Source: Octopus vulgaris (lineage: Eukaryota). From it: a DNA stretch of 64,000 bases. Location of the stretch: contig OX597833.1 of assembly GCA_951406725.2 (NCBI GenBank), positions 59,086,001 to 59,150,000 on the forward strand. Reading direction: 5' to 3'. Below are positions 1-13,812 of this stretch, piece after piece. Numbering within the stretch: the stretch's first letter is position 1; every line of letters begins with the position of its first letter. The position numbers were made by a program, and so were the translations under genes. Below the pieces are notes generated by a model. That model worked only from the letters and a program-made list of their open reading frames with translations. It had not been told where the DNA came from and made no database searches.

Positions 1-8
1 ACAAATTT

Positions 9-355
9 GTTGTTGGCATCCTTTTTGTCTCGGAAGACAATGAAGTTGCGCATAAAATAATCTGGTCCGGCTTTTACATTTCCTGTCATAATACATCTCC
101 TGCTGTGGCTGTGATAGTCCTATCCTGGACAAACACTCCCTCTGGCAGGTGCCGCAAATGTAGCGAAGACTTTGCCTGGCCGGTTGTAATGTCATACTTT
201 CTTGTTGACGTCTTTTCTTGTCTTTCCATTTCTCCTCTCTCCCTCTGTCACTCCTTTGTATTCCCTCTTTTACGGTACGTCGCCAATCTCCACGGTTGCT
301 GGCAACTGCTTCCCAGTTGCTAATATTGATGTCGCAGGCCTTCATGTCTCTTTTA
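9..355 (-). mobile_element. 5'-truncated RTE-clade LINE (ORF2 C-terminus, 3' UTR, CAA tail)
   Basis: Minus strand reads KRDMKACDINISNWEAVASNRGDWRRTVKEG...YICGTCQRECLSRIGL/(frameshift)HSHSRRC, the typical RTE C-terminus with CxxC...SRIGLxSH, followed by a short (CAA)n tail. Confidence 0.8.
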
Positions 356-587
356 AAAACAAATACAAATAAGGAAATGCAACGTAAGTCACTACAGTTG
401 GACTTGGCATTTTTTCTCTTGTATAGTGAAATCAATATAACAACTCACTAATTCTGTCGAACTGGTGAACCAGTCCATACGTTGACTATCAGTGAGGTCA
501 CAAAATCAGCCAGTACATGCTTAGTAGTTTTAGATCGTATAATATCATCTCCTGGTGTTTTTCCTGAGTTGATCTGTTTCATAGTAA

Positions 588-907
588 GGATCTTTTCCTT
601 TTGATAGCCAGATTTCAAAACAATTTCTAGTTAACTAAACACTTTAAAACTTCGTATACTGGTAGAATGTGTCAAAAGAAAGCATTATTTTCACTTGGCT
701 TTTTTGATAAATTTCTAATTCGTTTGTTTAACGTAGTTAAATTTTTCGAATTTTAACCAAACGTTAAACAAACGAATTACAAATTTATCAAAAACGCCCA
801 GTGAAAATAATGTTTTCTTTTGACACATTCTACCAGTATACGAAGTTTTAAAGTGCTTAGTTAACTAGAAATTGTGTTGAAATCTGGCTATCAAAAGGAA
901 AAGATCC
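588..907. mobile_element. Foldback MITE with 8-bp TSD (Merlin-like termini)
   Basis: GGATCTTTTCCTTTTGATAGCCAG...CTGGCTATCAAAAGGAAAAGATCC, arms ~145 bp. CATAGTAA is duplicated at 580-587 and 908-915. Superfamily inferred only from GG termini and TSD length. Confidence 0.85.
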
Positions 908-1065
908 CATAGTAATTTTGATATCCTGTATATGAGATAATAATCATGGTTATTACCGTTACTAACATGGTGCGACTGTAGATCTTTTATGATATTCTCA
1001 TCTATTGTGCAGGGATTGGGGAAAGGTCTGTGAAAGGTGCTTTGGGTTAGTTAAAATATATTTAT

Positions 1066-1170
1066 GATATACTGAAGAAAGCTGGAGGATATATCAGCCG
1101 AAACGTTGTGTTAACAACAAACAAAATGAGGACAAATATCCGTCGAATGTAAATAATGTAAATAATGTAC
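1066..1170 (+). mobile_element. Penelope-like terminal repeat fragment with decayed minimal hammerhead
   Basis: CTGAAGA-A-AGCTG..CAGCC-GAAA-CGTT-GTGTT; same family as 63290-63441. Confidence 0.55.
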
Positions 1171-1216
1171 CAGGAGTAAGACCGAACCTGAACAAACCAA
1201 AATAATAATAGTAATT

Positions 1217-1360
<144 letters not shown>

Positions 1361-1415
1361 CAGTATTGTTGTTGTTGTTGCTGCTGCTGCTGTTTTTGCT
1401 GTTATTTATTTATTT

Positions 1416-1569
1416 AACTACTTGGTATCCTTAGGATTACATCTGTTTTGCAGCCTCTATCATGTAATAATAATTTCAGTGTATAATGAATTATTTTACA
1501 CGCACTGAAAATACCATTACATTATGTAGGCTGCGAAACGGCTGTAACCCTAAATATATCAAGTGGTTA
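1416..1569. repeat. Imperfect ~155-bp palindrome (old MITE-like)
   Basis: AACTACTTGGTATCCTTAGGATTACATCTGTTTTGCAGCCT pairs with AGGCTGCGAAACGGCTGTAACCCTAAATATATCAAGTGGTT; inner ATGTAAT/ATTACAT and TTCAGTG/CACTGAA also pair. Confidence 0.65.
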
Positions 1570-1874
1570 TATAACTATATATATACCTCTCACACCCCAG
1601 ACATTTTTTGATTTATATAATTTCATAGATATAATTTCATTGATTGAATCTCTTGGATTTCAGCCGTATAAAGATCCCTTGTATTTGATTACTATATGAT
1701 ATGATAGCCGGATCCACTAAAGGGGCTTTCTGTGAAAGCCGCACGATTCTATGAATCCATTTATCGCACTACAAATTTAATTATATATTTTCGCCTGGGT
1801 GTCTCAAGAGTGAGCCTGTGGTATGTTCTCTTTATGTGTTAAATCGATGCTCATAATGACTAAACTGATTGTGC

Positions 1875-1906
<32 letters not shown>

Positions 1907-2015
1907 AGTGTGTGCGTGTGAGTGTGTGTATGAGCGCGTGTGTGTATCTAATTATGTATTTATGTATATGTGTATATATGTATATATATATATATATACA
2001 TATATACACACATAA

Positions 2016-2096
<81 letters not shown>

Positions 2097-2474
2097 CAAA
2101 TGCGAAGGCTCGTAGCCTAGCGGTTGTGACGCTGCATGCATGACCATAGCTTCGACTCCCTGATCGGGTCCTGCGTTGTCTCCTTGAGCGAGACTCTCCA
2201 TTTTAAGTTGCTCTGCACCTATACAGGGCAATGTCCATTCGATGGAAGACGTGAGATAATGTACAGCAGAAACATTTGATCACTATAAACCAACGATGCA
2301 GAACCAGTGGCCCGCGAAGGAATTCCGTGCGGCCCGCGAAACCATTTTACAAAGACTTTCTTATTTAATAAATAACTGATAATTAAGATAGCGAACTGCT
2401 TATACCACGATCACACACTGGAAATACATACAATATAATTTATTTATTGATTGATTTTTATTAAATTTCCTGTT

Positions 2475-2915
2475 AAGGCGGTGAGTTGGCAGAATCGTTA
2501 GCACGCAGGACAAAATGCTTAGCGGTATTTCGTCTGTCTTTACGTTCTGAGTTCAAATTCTGCCCAGGTCGACTTTGCCCTTTATCCTTTCGGGGTCGAT
2601 AAAATAAGTACCAGTTACGTACTGGGGTCGATATAATCGACTTAATCCGTTTGTCTGTCCTTGTTTGTCCCCTCTATGTTTAGGCCCTTGAGGGTAATAA
2701 AGAAATAAGAAACGTTAGTACGCCGGGCGAAATGCTTAGCGATATTTCGTCTGCCGTTACGTTCTGAGTTCAAATTCCGCCGTGGTCGACTTTGCCTTTC
2801 ATCCTTTCGGGGTCGATAAATTAAGTACCAGTTACGCACTGGGGGTCAATGTAATTGACTTAATCCCTTTGTTTGTTTCCTCTATGTTTAGCCCCCTGTG
2901 GACAATAAAGAAATA
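2475..2915 (+). mobile_element. tRNA-derived SINE family A, tandem dimer
   Basis: A-box-like TGGCAGAATCG, B-box GAGTTCAAATTC, core GCCTTTCATCCTTTCGGGGTCGATAAA, tail ...TAATAAAGAAATA. The second copy starts at AGAAACGTTAG. Confidence 0.9.
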
Positions 2916-3407
2916 TATATATATATAGACAAATACACTCACTTTCTCTCTCTCTCTCCGCCTCTTTCGCTCTCTCTCTCTGCCTCTTTCGCTCTCTCTC
3001 TCTCTCGCCTCTCTCGCTCTCTCTCTCTCTCTCCGCCTCTCTCTCTCTCTCAATCTCCGCCTCTCCCTCTCTCTCCGCCTCTCTCTCTCCCTCTCTCCCT
3101 CTCTCCCTCTCTCCCTCCGCCTCTTTCTCTCCCTCTCTCCCTCTCTCTATCTCTCTTTCACAGAAACGCGCACACACACATATACACACGTTCGCACAAC
3201 TTTTTACTTTACCAGTAATCAATTACATTTGGTTACATAACCCAGTTCACTTATGAAAACAGATACAAATGAAAATCTATCGCCTGCATAACAGATCCGC
3301 AAATATTTCATTTGCTCTCTGTCGATGTTTTCCTTCTCTTTAATTTTAGACAAGGCAATAATATCCAGTAAGCAGTTAACCTCCACAACAGTATATATAT
3401 ATATATA

Positions 3408-4020
3408 CTAGCAGTATCGCCCGGCTTTGCTCGGATTTGTAAGGGAACTAACTATATAAGCATTTTTAGAGAGTTATAGCCAAAAGATAGCAAAAAAATG
3501 CATTAAAAATGGGAAAAAAATGATGCTATTTTTTTTTTAAATCGTAGACTCATCGTAGACATTTTTAGAGAGTTACTTCCCTTATATAATAGCGAAATAA
3601 AATGCATTAAAATGGAAAAAAATGATGGTAAATTTTTTTTTAAATCGTAGACTCATCGTATACATTTTTAGAGAGTTATAGCCAAAAAATAGCCAAAAAA
3701 TAGCAAAAAAATGCATTAAAAATGGAAATAAAATGATGGTAAATTTTTTTTTTAAATCGTTGACTCATCGTATGCATTTTTAGAGAGTTACTTCCCTTAT
3801 ATAATAGCGAAAAAATGCATTAAAATGGAAAAAAATTATGGTAAATTTTTTTTTTAAATCGTAGACTCATCGTAGACGCGCGCTAATACCCAGAAGGGCT
3901 CGATATGAATCACGACTATAAGATACCCGCTTTTGGTTAAACTGCACCGCAAAATGTGGAAGTAGTTAGGAATCTAAATCGTAGGAGACAGACACAGAAC
4001 TTCACTTTTATATATAAAGA
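3408..4020 (-). mobile_element. Non-autonomous Helitron-like element with internal tandem repeats
   Basis: Minus strand begins A|TCTTTATATATAAAAG and ends with a GC-rich hairpin plus CTAG|T. Four ~100-112-bp internal units of alternating type start at ~3461, 3560, 3663 and 3775. Confidence 0.75.
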
Positions 4021-4102
4021 TATCAGTTCAAAATTTAGTCAATTGTCTTTATACCAGGTTACTGGTTTCATTAGAATGTGCCAGCAATGTTCTTTATTTA
4101 TT

Positions 4103-4695
4103 AAGGCGGCGAGCTGGCAGAAACGTTAGCACGCCGGGCGAAATGCGTAGCCGGTATTTCGTCTGCCGCTACGTTCTGAGTTCAAATTCCGCCGAGGTCG
4201 ACTTTGCCTTTCATCCTTTCGGGGTCGATAAATTAAGTACCAGATGCTCACTGGGGTCGATGTAATCAACTTAATCCGTTTGTCTGTCCTTGTTTGTCCT
4301 CTCTGTGTTTAGCCCCTTATGGGTAGTAAAGAAATAGGTATTTCGTCTGCCTTTAGGTTCTGAGTTCAAATTCCGCCGAGGTCGACTTTGCCTTTCATCC
4401 TTTCGGGGTCGATTAAATAAGTACCAGTTACGCACTGGGGTCGATGGAATCGACTTAATCCGTTTGTCTGTCCTTGTTTGTCCTCTCTGTGTTTAGCCCC
4501 TTGTGGGTAGTAAAGAAATAGAAATAGGTATTTCGTTTGCCTTTACGTTCTGAGTTCAAATTCCACCGAGGTCGACTTTGCCTTTCATCCTTTCGGGGTC
4601 GATAGATGAAATATCAGTTGCGTACTGGGGTCGATCTAATCGACTGGCCTTCTCCCACAAAATTTCGGGCCTTGTGCCTGGAGAAGAAAAGAATA
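4103..4695 (+). mobile_element. Nested SINE A trimer
   Basis: One head, two A-tail units joined by GAAATA|GGTATTTCG, and a final unit with the alternative tail AAATTTCGGGCCTTGTGCC. Confidence 0.85.
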
Positions 4696-5297
4696 TTCTT
4701 TATATATTGAGGTATGGGTGATTTCAGGTTCTTGTATCTTTGGTGTGGCTGTCAGAACAATCCTTGCTATCAGCGCTGGATAAGAATAAGCATGTGTTTA
4801 GGGCATCCAAGGAAGCGGGGTGTTGTCACAGAAATTAAAAATGGTTTACGGCACAAAAGAAATTCAGTTTAGACTTGCTAAAATAATATTTGAAGTGGTT
4901 CACATTCTTTTGTTCTTTTATTAGTTTCAGTCATTTGAATGCAGCCATGCTGGAGCACCACCTTAAATGGGTTTAGTCGAACAAATCGACCCTCAGGACT
5001 TATTCTTTGCAAGCCTAGTACTTATTCTATCGGTTTCTTTTGCCAAACCGCTATGTTACGTAGACATAAACACACCAACATCGGTTACCAAGCGATGGCG
5101 TGAAGGTAGGGGACAAACACAGGCCACAAATATGTATGTATGTATGTATGCATGTATGTATGTATGTATGTATGTATGTATGTATGTATGTATGTATGTA
5201 TGTTTGTATGTATATGTATATATGTATATATGTATATTTATCTATATATATATATATCAATAATAAAAGGGTAAAATTAATTAATTAATAATTAATA

Positions 5298-6222
5298 TTG
5301 AGTTGGCAACTAAGTTCCCACGGTTTTTTAAAATTTAAATTTGTTAAAAGGTTTAATTAAAAATAATTAATTAATCAATAATGTATTCACCCTTGTTGTT
5401 TACAACTTCTTCCCAACGCTCAACAAGATTTTCAATACCTCGTTGGTAGAAATCATTCGAAAAATTGATCCAACCAAGCTCTCAATTCTGCATCAGTATT
5501 GAACGAAACTCCGCGCATAGCATTTGAAAGAGATCGAAAGAGGTGGAAATCCGTTGGTGTCAAATCAGGAGAGTACGGTGGGTGTGGCAGCACTTCCCAG
5601 CCATACGTTTGAATGGCTTTCTTGGTCATATTGGTGATATGAGGACGGGTGTTTTCGTGCAGCAGAAGAACTCCATGCTGCCGATTAGGTCTTTTCTCTT
5701 GAATAGCCGTGTTGAGTCGTTCCCTCTGTTGACCGTTTGGTTCCATTCAAGCAATTTGTAATGGATAATCCCTTCCCAGTCCCACAATACGCACAACATC
5801 GTTTTACGCGGATGAAGATCTAGTTTCACGTGCGGTGTCGCTTGTTTACCGGGGCTAAGCCATTCCTTACGCTGCTTCACCATTTTTCGTCGCCAGTAAC
5901 GATTCGGTAAAGAAATTATTGCTTGTGTTCATGAGTTGAGCAGTGACAAGCAAGCAAACCAGCGGAGATTGTGGCTCGTTGATTTTTGTTGTTGTAACTT
6001 AAAGCATGCGGAACGCATGCTCCATACTTCTGAACCTCTCCTATGGAGTGAAGATGCTTCTCTATAGCAGTGTGGGAGCATTCCATTTTCTCTGCCAGTT
6101 CCCTTATCGTGTGACGAGAATTTTCGTGCAAAATTTGGTTGAATCGCTTTTCATCGAACTCAACTGGACGGCCAGAACGAGGAGCGTCTTTGAGGTTAAA
6201 ATTTTCCATTTTTCAACTTGGC
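5298..6222 (-). pseudogene. Decayed mariner transposon (transposase pseudogene plus one TIR)
   Basis: Fragments LKDAPRSGRP, CVPHAL (WVPHEL-like), HPRKTMLCVLWDWEGII, LLHENTRPH and HPPYSPDLTPTDFHLF lie in different frames with stops. TA|TTGAGTTGGCAACTAAGT TIR at 5296 resembles the mellifera subfamily. Confidence 0.92.
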
Positions 6223-6485
6223 ATACCAATCACGGGCGGTTTTTCATCTATGTCCCCGTTACTTAGCGGTTCGGCAAAAGAAACCGATAGAATAAGTACT
6301 AGGCTTACAAAGAACAAGTCCCGGTGGTCCATTTGCTCGACTAAAAGGCGGTGCTCCAGCATGGCCGCAGTCAAATGACCGAAACAAGTAAAAGAGTAAA
6401 AGGGAGTAGTGGAGACCTCCGGTTTCCTCGACTCCCGGATCATAATCCCTGCTCAGTGTATCGGGGCGGAGATAGTTATCCGTAA

Positions 6486-6962
6486 GTGCGTAACTGGTAC
6501 TTAATTTATCGACCCCGAAAGGATGAAAGGCAAAGTCGACCACGGCGGAATTTGAACTCAGAACGTAACAGCAGACGAAATACCTATTTCTTTATTACCC
6601 ACAAGGGGCTAAACACAGAGGGGACAAACAAGGACAGACAGGTATTAAGTCGATTACATCGACCCCAGTGCGTAACTGGTACTTAATTTATCGACCCCGA
6701 AAGGATGAAAGGCAAAGTCGACCACGGCGGAATTTGAACTCAGAACGTAACAGCAGACGAAATACCTATTTCTTTATTACCCACAAGGGGCTAAACACAG
6801 AGGGGACAAACAAGGACAGACAGGTATTAAGTCGATTACATCGACCCCAGTGCGTAACTGGTACTTAATTTATCGAACCCGAAAGGATGAAAGGCAAAGT
6901 CGACCTCGGCGGAATTTGAACTCACAACGTAACGCAGACGAAATACCGCTAAGCATTTCGTG
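6486..6962 (-). mobile_element. SINE A tandem units (182-bp period)
   Basis: Identical repeats starting at 6486 and 6668; junction GACGAAATACC|TATTTCTTT. Confidence 0.9.
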
Positions 6963-7506
6963 AGTCAGAGTAGCTGTTCCAGCTCACCACCCTCGCCATC
7001 TTCCAAAGTAATGCCGTTTCCATTTTGTCTGCCTGCTGGGACCATGAGAACAGTCTGAATTACAGGAAATTATACGTTCCACTCCTTAATGTAAAGTTAC
7101 TCCTAATAATATTTAATCTAACATACACGTATTTGTATTCCACATTCATTAATTTTATGTTTCAATAACACTGTTATTATGTATGATACTTACAGCTACT
7201 GATATAGGTGTGACGTGAAAAATGATTAAACTCCATGGGATTGTCCGGTGTCAAGAGGTTATGACATCGGGGTCTGTTTTGGTTGATTAAATGTCAGTGG
7301 CGTCCAACACATCACAGGAGATTGAGCATAACAGTTCATAAACATGGGAAGTCGGTCAAATAAAATAATGATCCAGAAAGTCCTTTCAAAGCAATGCAAT
7401 TAACGAAATTAAAAAGAGATTCGACTTTCATTGCACAAATGAACTCTATAGATGTACTGGCATAGCAAGTCTATTTGATCTGAGATCATGTGCTGAAACG
7501 AAAACA

Positions 7507-7938
7507 ATTGCAGCGTGGAAGGTGTTTGTAAGCCATTCAAGAAACACACAAAAGCCGTTCGATTCACTTCAACATTTAAGTTTAATTTGTCAAAATATTT
7601 TCGTCGCTTTAAGACCGTGACCTGTTCACTGACAAAAATCCGTACTGCATCTGAGAAAGTAACAGTTAGTTCGTTACACGTACATACACACATTCATATA
7701 TGTTTCTTTATTACCCACAAGGGGCTAAACATAGAGGGGACAAACAAGGACAGACAAACGGATTAAGTCAATTACATCGACGCCAGTGCGTAACTGGTAC
7801 TTAATTTAACGACCCCGAAAGGATGAAAGGCAAAGTCGACCTCGGCGGAATTTGAACTCAGAAAGGTAGCGACAGGCGAAATGCCGCGAAGCACTTCGTC
7901 CGGCGTGCTACCGTTTCTGCCAGCTCGCCGCCTTATAC

Positions 7939-8036
<98 letters not shown>

Positions 8037-8265
8037 TACCCACAAGGGGCTAAACACAGAGGGAACAAACAAGGACAGACAAAGGGATTAAGTCGATTCG
8101 ATCGACCCCAGTGCGTAACTGGTACCTAATTTATCGACCCCGAAAGGATGAAAGGCAAAGTCAACCTCGGCGGAATTTGAACTCAGAAAGGTAGCGACAG
8201 ACGAAATATTGCTAAGCATTTCGCTCGGCGTGCTGACGTTTCTGCCAGCTCGCCGCCTTAGATAC

Positions 8266-8296
<31 letters not shown>

Positions 8297-8466
8297 ACGA
8301 ACTAACTGTTACTTTCTCAGATGCAGCACGGATTTTTGTCAGTGAACAGGTCGCGGTCTTAAAGTGACGAAAATATTTTGACAAATTAAACTTAAATGTT
8401 GAAGTGAATCGAACGGCTTTTGTGTGTTTATCAAATGGCTTACAAACACCTTCCACGCTGCAATTG
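7507..8466. mobile_element. Inverted pair of ~170-bp Penelope-like terminal repeats enclosing two SINE A copies and (TA)n
   Basis: 7507-7676 is the reverse complement of 8295-8466 with few mismatches, and each arm carries a hammerhead-like motif. SINE A copies at 7701-7935 and 8036-8259 (minus). Confidence 0.75.
8335..8385 (+). ncRNA. Minimal type I hammerhead ribozyme-like motif, G3-C8 variant
   Basis: TTTGTCA-GTGAACA-G-GTCGC-GGTCTTAAA-GTGAC-GAAA-ATAT-TT-TGACAAA: 7-bp stem I, 5-bp stem II. Inverted twin at 7586-7636. Confidence 0.65.
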
Positions 8467-8747
8467 AACTCTATAGAGTTGAAAAGAATTGTTGAAAAAC
8501 CGCCAACTTTGAAAAATTTGTTCTCGGGGAGAGCAGTCGCTCCCCTTGCACCCCTATTAGCTACACCTCTGCTGTTCAGCATACGGGTGTTGTACGTGTT
8601 TTCTCCTTTACTTTTCACTGGGTGTCGTCCGAATGACATGATGTGGCCACTCAGTGCATGTACGCATGCGGGTACGTATGCATGAATGTGTGTATATATC
8701 TGCTTATGTGTATATGTGACTATGTATGCACTATATGTATGTATATA

Positions 8748-8786
<39 letters not shown>

Positions 8787-8793
8787 ACAGACA

Positions 8794-9200
<407 letters not shown>

Positions 9201-11422
9201 TACTAAACAGTTCTGTATAGAAAATATATATAGTCATACATACGTACATACATACATACATACATACATACCATACATAAAATACATGTTTATATGTGTG
9301 TATGTATGAGTTTCACTTAATGTTTCAAGTATATTAAACAAGGGAGATAACTGCAGCTACTCTAAATATTTATGATGGAAAATTTACTTCGCGGCTGCCA
9401 AAACGAATTGTGGTGATCGGCATCATCTGTATATTTCTAACATATATTTATGTGTGTGCGTACGTGAATGTATATAAATGTATATGTGCCTATATGCACG
9501 TGTGTATATGTATGTGTTTATGTTTGAGTGCGTGTATGTATGCGTGTACGTATGTATGTATGTGTGTACGTATGTATGTATGTATGTATGTGTATGTATG
9601 CGTGTACGTATGTGCGTATGTATGTATGTGTATGTATGTGTGTACGAGTGTGGGTGTGGATTATGCATGCTTTTTATGTATGCGTGCTTGAGTTATGAGT
9701 TTCTTTGCGTATATGTGTGTGTATGTGAGTGTGTGTGTGTTTGGTTGTATGTATGTATGTATATATGTGTTTATGTATGTTTATGTGTAAAAGTATGTGT
9801 GTTTGTATGTATATGAATATATATGTGTGTGTGTGTGTGTTTGTATGTATGCATGTATGTATGTATGTATGTATGTATGTATATGTGTGTGTATATATGT
9901 TTATGTGTGAATATATGTGTCTCTATAACTGTGTGTATATGAAAGTAAGGAAGGGGGAGGAAGAGAGGAAGGAGAGCATGAGGGAGAGTGAAAGGTAGGT
10001 GAGTGTGATATAGTAAAAGAGAAAGGGAGAGGAAGAGAGAATCCGAAGATAAGTGAGTGTGATATAGTAAAAGAGAAAGGGAGAGATTAAAAGGGGTGGG
10101 GAAAAATAGGTGAAAGTAATAAGGATAGCGAGAGAGAAAGAATAAGAGAAAGAGAGATAGAAAGACAATGATAAAAGAGAGAGGGAGAGAGGGGGGAGAA
10201 GTGGTGGTTGTAAAGATTTGGTTATTTATGGAAGGGAGCTAACTGCTATATCCAACCTCCACACCTGCTGCGTGTGTATATGTGTGTGTCTATGTATATA
10301 TATATATATGTGTCTGTGTTTGACTGTCTGTGTGTATGTGTCTATGTACGTATTTGTAAATATATATATATGTCTGTCTGACCGTGCGTGTGTACGTGTG
10401 TGTGTATGTGTGTATGCGCGCGAAAGTCTGTGATCTGTTCGTCTATATGTATATAAGTATATATGTTTGTATGTAGGTATTTTGTTGCTGTCGCTATTTA
10501 ACCCTTGGTCCGGCGAACATAGGATGAAAGACAGTCCAGTCGTGACATTGGCACGGTGTGTCTAAGTCTACCTTATGCAATGTCGCCTACGTTTTTTTTT
10601 TTTCAAGACCATAAGGTGTGATCTGAGAGAGATTCGACTCTGTTTCTATCAGAGCCAGCAATCGTGTGTGGCTGTGTATGTGTGTGGCTCTGTGTGTGTA
10701 GTTGTATTTCTGTGTGTGTGTGTGTGTGCGTGCGTGTGTGTGTGTTGCTGTGTATGTGTGTGTGTGTGTGTGTGCGTGTGTATGTGTGGCTGTGTGTGTG
10801 TAGTTGTATTTCTGTGTGTGTGTGTGCGTGCGTGTGTGTGGCTGTGTATGTGTGTATGTAGTTATATTTCTGGATGTGTGTGTGCGTAGTTATATTTCTG
10901 TGTGTGTGTGTGTGTGGTTGTGTTTGTATGTCTGTGTGTGTATGTGTGGTTAACTTGTGTGTATGTATGTGATTATTTGAGTGTCGTTGTGTTTGTATGT
11001 GTGTACAAATGTGTGTGGTTGTATTTGTATATGTGTATGTGTGTGCATGTGGTTGAACTTTGTACGTGTGTGTGTATATATATATATTTCTTCACTACCC
11101 ACAAGGGGCTAAACACAGAGGGGACAAACAAGGACAGACAAACGAATTAAATCGAACAAATCGACCCCAGTGCGTAACTGGTACTTAATTTATCGACCCC
11201 GAAAGAATGAAATGTGTGTATATATAGTTAAGTTTGTATGTTGATGTAGGCGCATGTGTATGTGTGGTTGTGTTCGTGTGTGTGTGTGTGGTCCTGTTTC
11301 TGTGTGTTTGGCTGTGTGTAGGCATATTAGAAGCAGTAGACCAAATAGTTGGTGTTACATCTATCTGTGTAATATATACATGTGTATATCTGTGTCTAAA
11401 TATTTGTGTATATATATGTGTG

Positions 11423-11457
<35 letters not shown>

Positions 11458-11506
11458 CTGTGTCTAAATATTTGTGTATATGTGTGTAATTGTGTGTGTG
11501 TATGTG

Positions 11507-11545
<39 letters not shown>

Positions 11546-11748
11546 GAGAGAAAGGAAGAGAGACATCTGCACCATTGACTATTATGTGATATCACTAATA
11601 TCCAAGTCAATACGCGCGCGCTCTGTGTGTGTGTGTGTGTGTGTGTCTGTGTGTGTGTGTATGGATATCAATAATCCTCCATAGACGACATGTTGAGGAG
11701 AGAGAGAGAGAGAGAATGAGAGAGAGAGAAAGAGAGAGAAAAGACGTA

Positions 11749-11773
11749 TGATGTCATGTGACATATGACGTCA
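11749..11773. promoter_or_regulatory. Cluster of CRE / M-box motifs (possible cis-regulatory element)
   Basis: TGATGTCA, GTCATGTGAC and a perfect TGACGTCA within 25 bp, next to GA repeats. Motif match only. Confidence 0.3.
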
Positions 11774-12145
11774 GCAATGCTTGTAACTAAGCTGTTTCTT
11801 TGTCAGAATATCGCCATTAATTCGGTGTCTTTGTTAAGGGTGGATGAAGGGTGGCTGGAGATGAAATAAAAAGGTGGATATCAGGCGGAAGGAGCGAGGC
11901 GGGGGGATAAAAGGTAAAATTATGGGGGTTATAAAGATATTACATTTTTTTTTCATCCATTTTTTTGAAGCAAGATTATGATGTTCAGGAGTGACCACAG
12001 GCATCAGATGGAATATTCTCTTGAGAGATTTTTTTTTTTATTCTAACCAAAATTAATTTGGAAAATGGTCGTCCACATCTCAGAGTTCATAATTTGAAGT
12101 GTTTGAGTATATAGTTGATACGTGGTGTATAGTTGATACAGACTG

Positions 12146-13260
12146 TATAGTGATATCAGTGTGTGTAGTGATATAATGGTGTATACAGTGTGTATAGTGA
12201 TATCATGGCATATATAGTGTGTATAGTGATATCATCACATATATAGAGTGTATAGTGATATCATGATGTATATTTGAAAAGATGGGGTTTAGCTGATATC
12301 AGTGTGTATATTTGCTAATGTGTATAGTGATATCATGGCATATATAGTGTGTATAGTGATATCATGATGTATATTTGATATGATGGGATATAGCTGATAT
12401 CAGTGTGTATATTTGCTAATGTGTATAGTGATATCATGGCATATATAGTGTGTATGGTGATATCATAATGTATATTTGATATGATGGGATATTGCTGATA
12501 TCAGTATGTATATTTGATAGTGTGTATAGTGTTATCATGACATATATAGTGTGTATAGTAATATCATGGTATATACATGGTGTGTAGTGATATCATGATG
12601 TATATTTGATATGATGGGATATAGCTGATATCAGTGTGTATATTTGCTAGTGTGTATAGTGATATCATGGCATATATAGTGTGTATAGTGATATCATGGT
12701 GTATATTTGATATAATGGCATATAGCTGATATCTGTGTGTATATTTGCTAGTGTGTATATAGATATCATGGCATATATAGTGTGTACAGTGATATCATGA
12801 TGTATATTTGATAGTGTGTTAGTGTTATCATGGCGTATATAGTGTGTATAGTGATATCATGGTGTATATTTGATATGATGGAATATAGCTGATATCAGTG
12901 TGTATATTTGCTAGTGTGTATAGTGATATTATGGCATATATAGTGTGTATTGTGATATCATGATGTATATTTAATATGATGGAATATAGCTGATATCAGT
13001 GTGCATATTTGATAGTATGTATAATGATATCATGGCATATATAGTGTGTATGTTGATATCATGGTGTATGTTTGATATGATAGTGTATACCTGGTATCAG
13101 TGCGTATATTTGATAGTATAACGAAGATATCAGGATGTATATTTGTCATGATGCTATGATATCAGCATGTATAGTGATATCAAAGCATATATTTGATATG
13201 ATGGTGTAGAGTTGATAATTGGGTATACACCTGATATCAGGGTGTATAATTGATAGAGGG
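12146..13260. repeat. Minisatellite with ~101-bp higher-order unit
   Basis: Subunits built on GTGTATAGTGATATCATG; landmark TTTG(C/A)TA recurs at 12311, 12412 and 12513. Confidence 0.85.
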
Positions 13261-13497
13261 TAGGTATATGATCTATTCTGTGTTATATTACTGGGTGTCT
13301 GGTATTTAGTTTATATTGCTGAAGAGTAGGAAGAATTTTCAGTGGAATAATTGACAAATCTTTGACTTTGATGTACAAATGTAATATTTGATACTAAAAA
13401 AAAGGGTTAGGTCACAGTGGACTCAGGGAAATGTTCAGTAGTGAGAGGACAGCAAAAAAAATATCTTATAAATTGGAAAAAAAGTATACTAAAAAAA

Positions 13498-13543
<46 letters not shown>

Positions 13544-13726
13544 CTGACATTGTGTTTACCAGTGTATAAATACATTTGAAAGACATTTGCCGTATATATA
13601 TAGTTAGTGTGTTAGAGAGAGAGATAGAGAGAGTATGTGTGTGTGTGAGAGAGAGAAGGGGGAGAAAGAGACAGAGAGAGAAAGAAAGAGAAAGAGACAG
13701 AGAGAGAGAAATACAGAGAGACAGAC

Positions 13727-13759
<33 letters not shown>

Positions 13760-13781
13760 GAGAGAAAGAGAGAGAGAGAAA

Positions 13782-13812
<31 letters not shown>

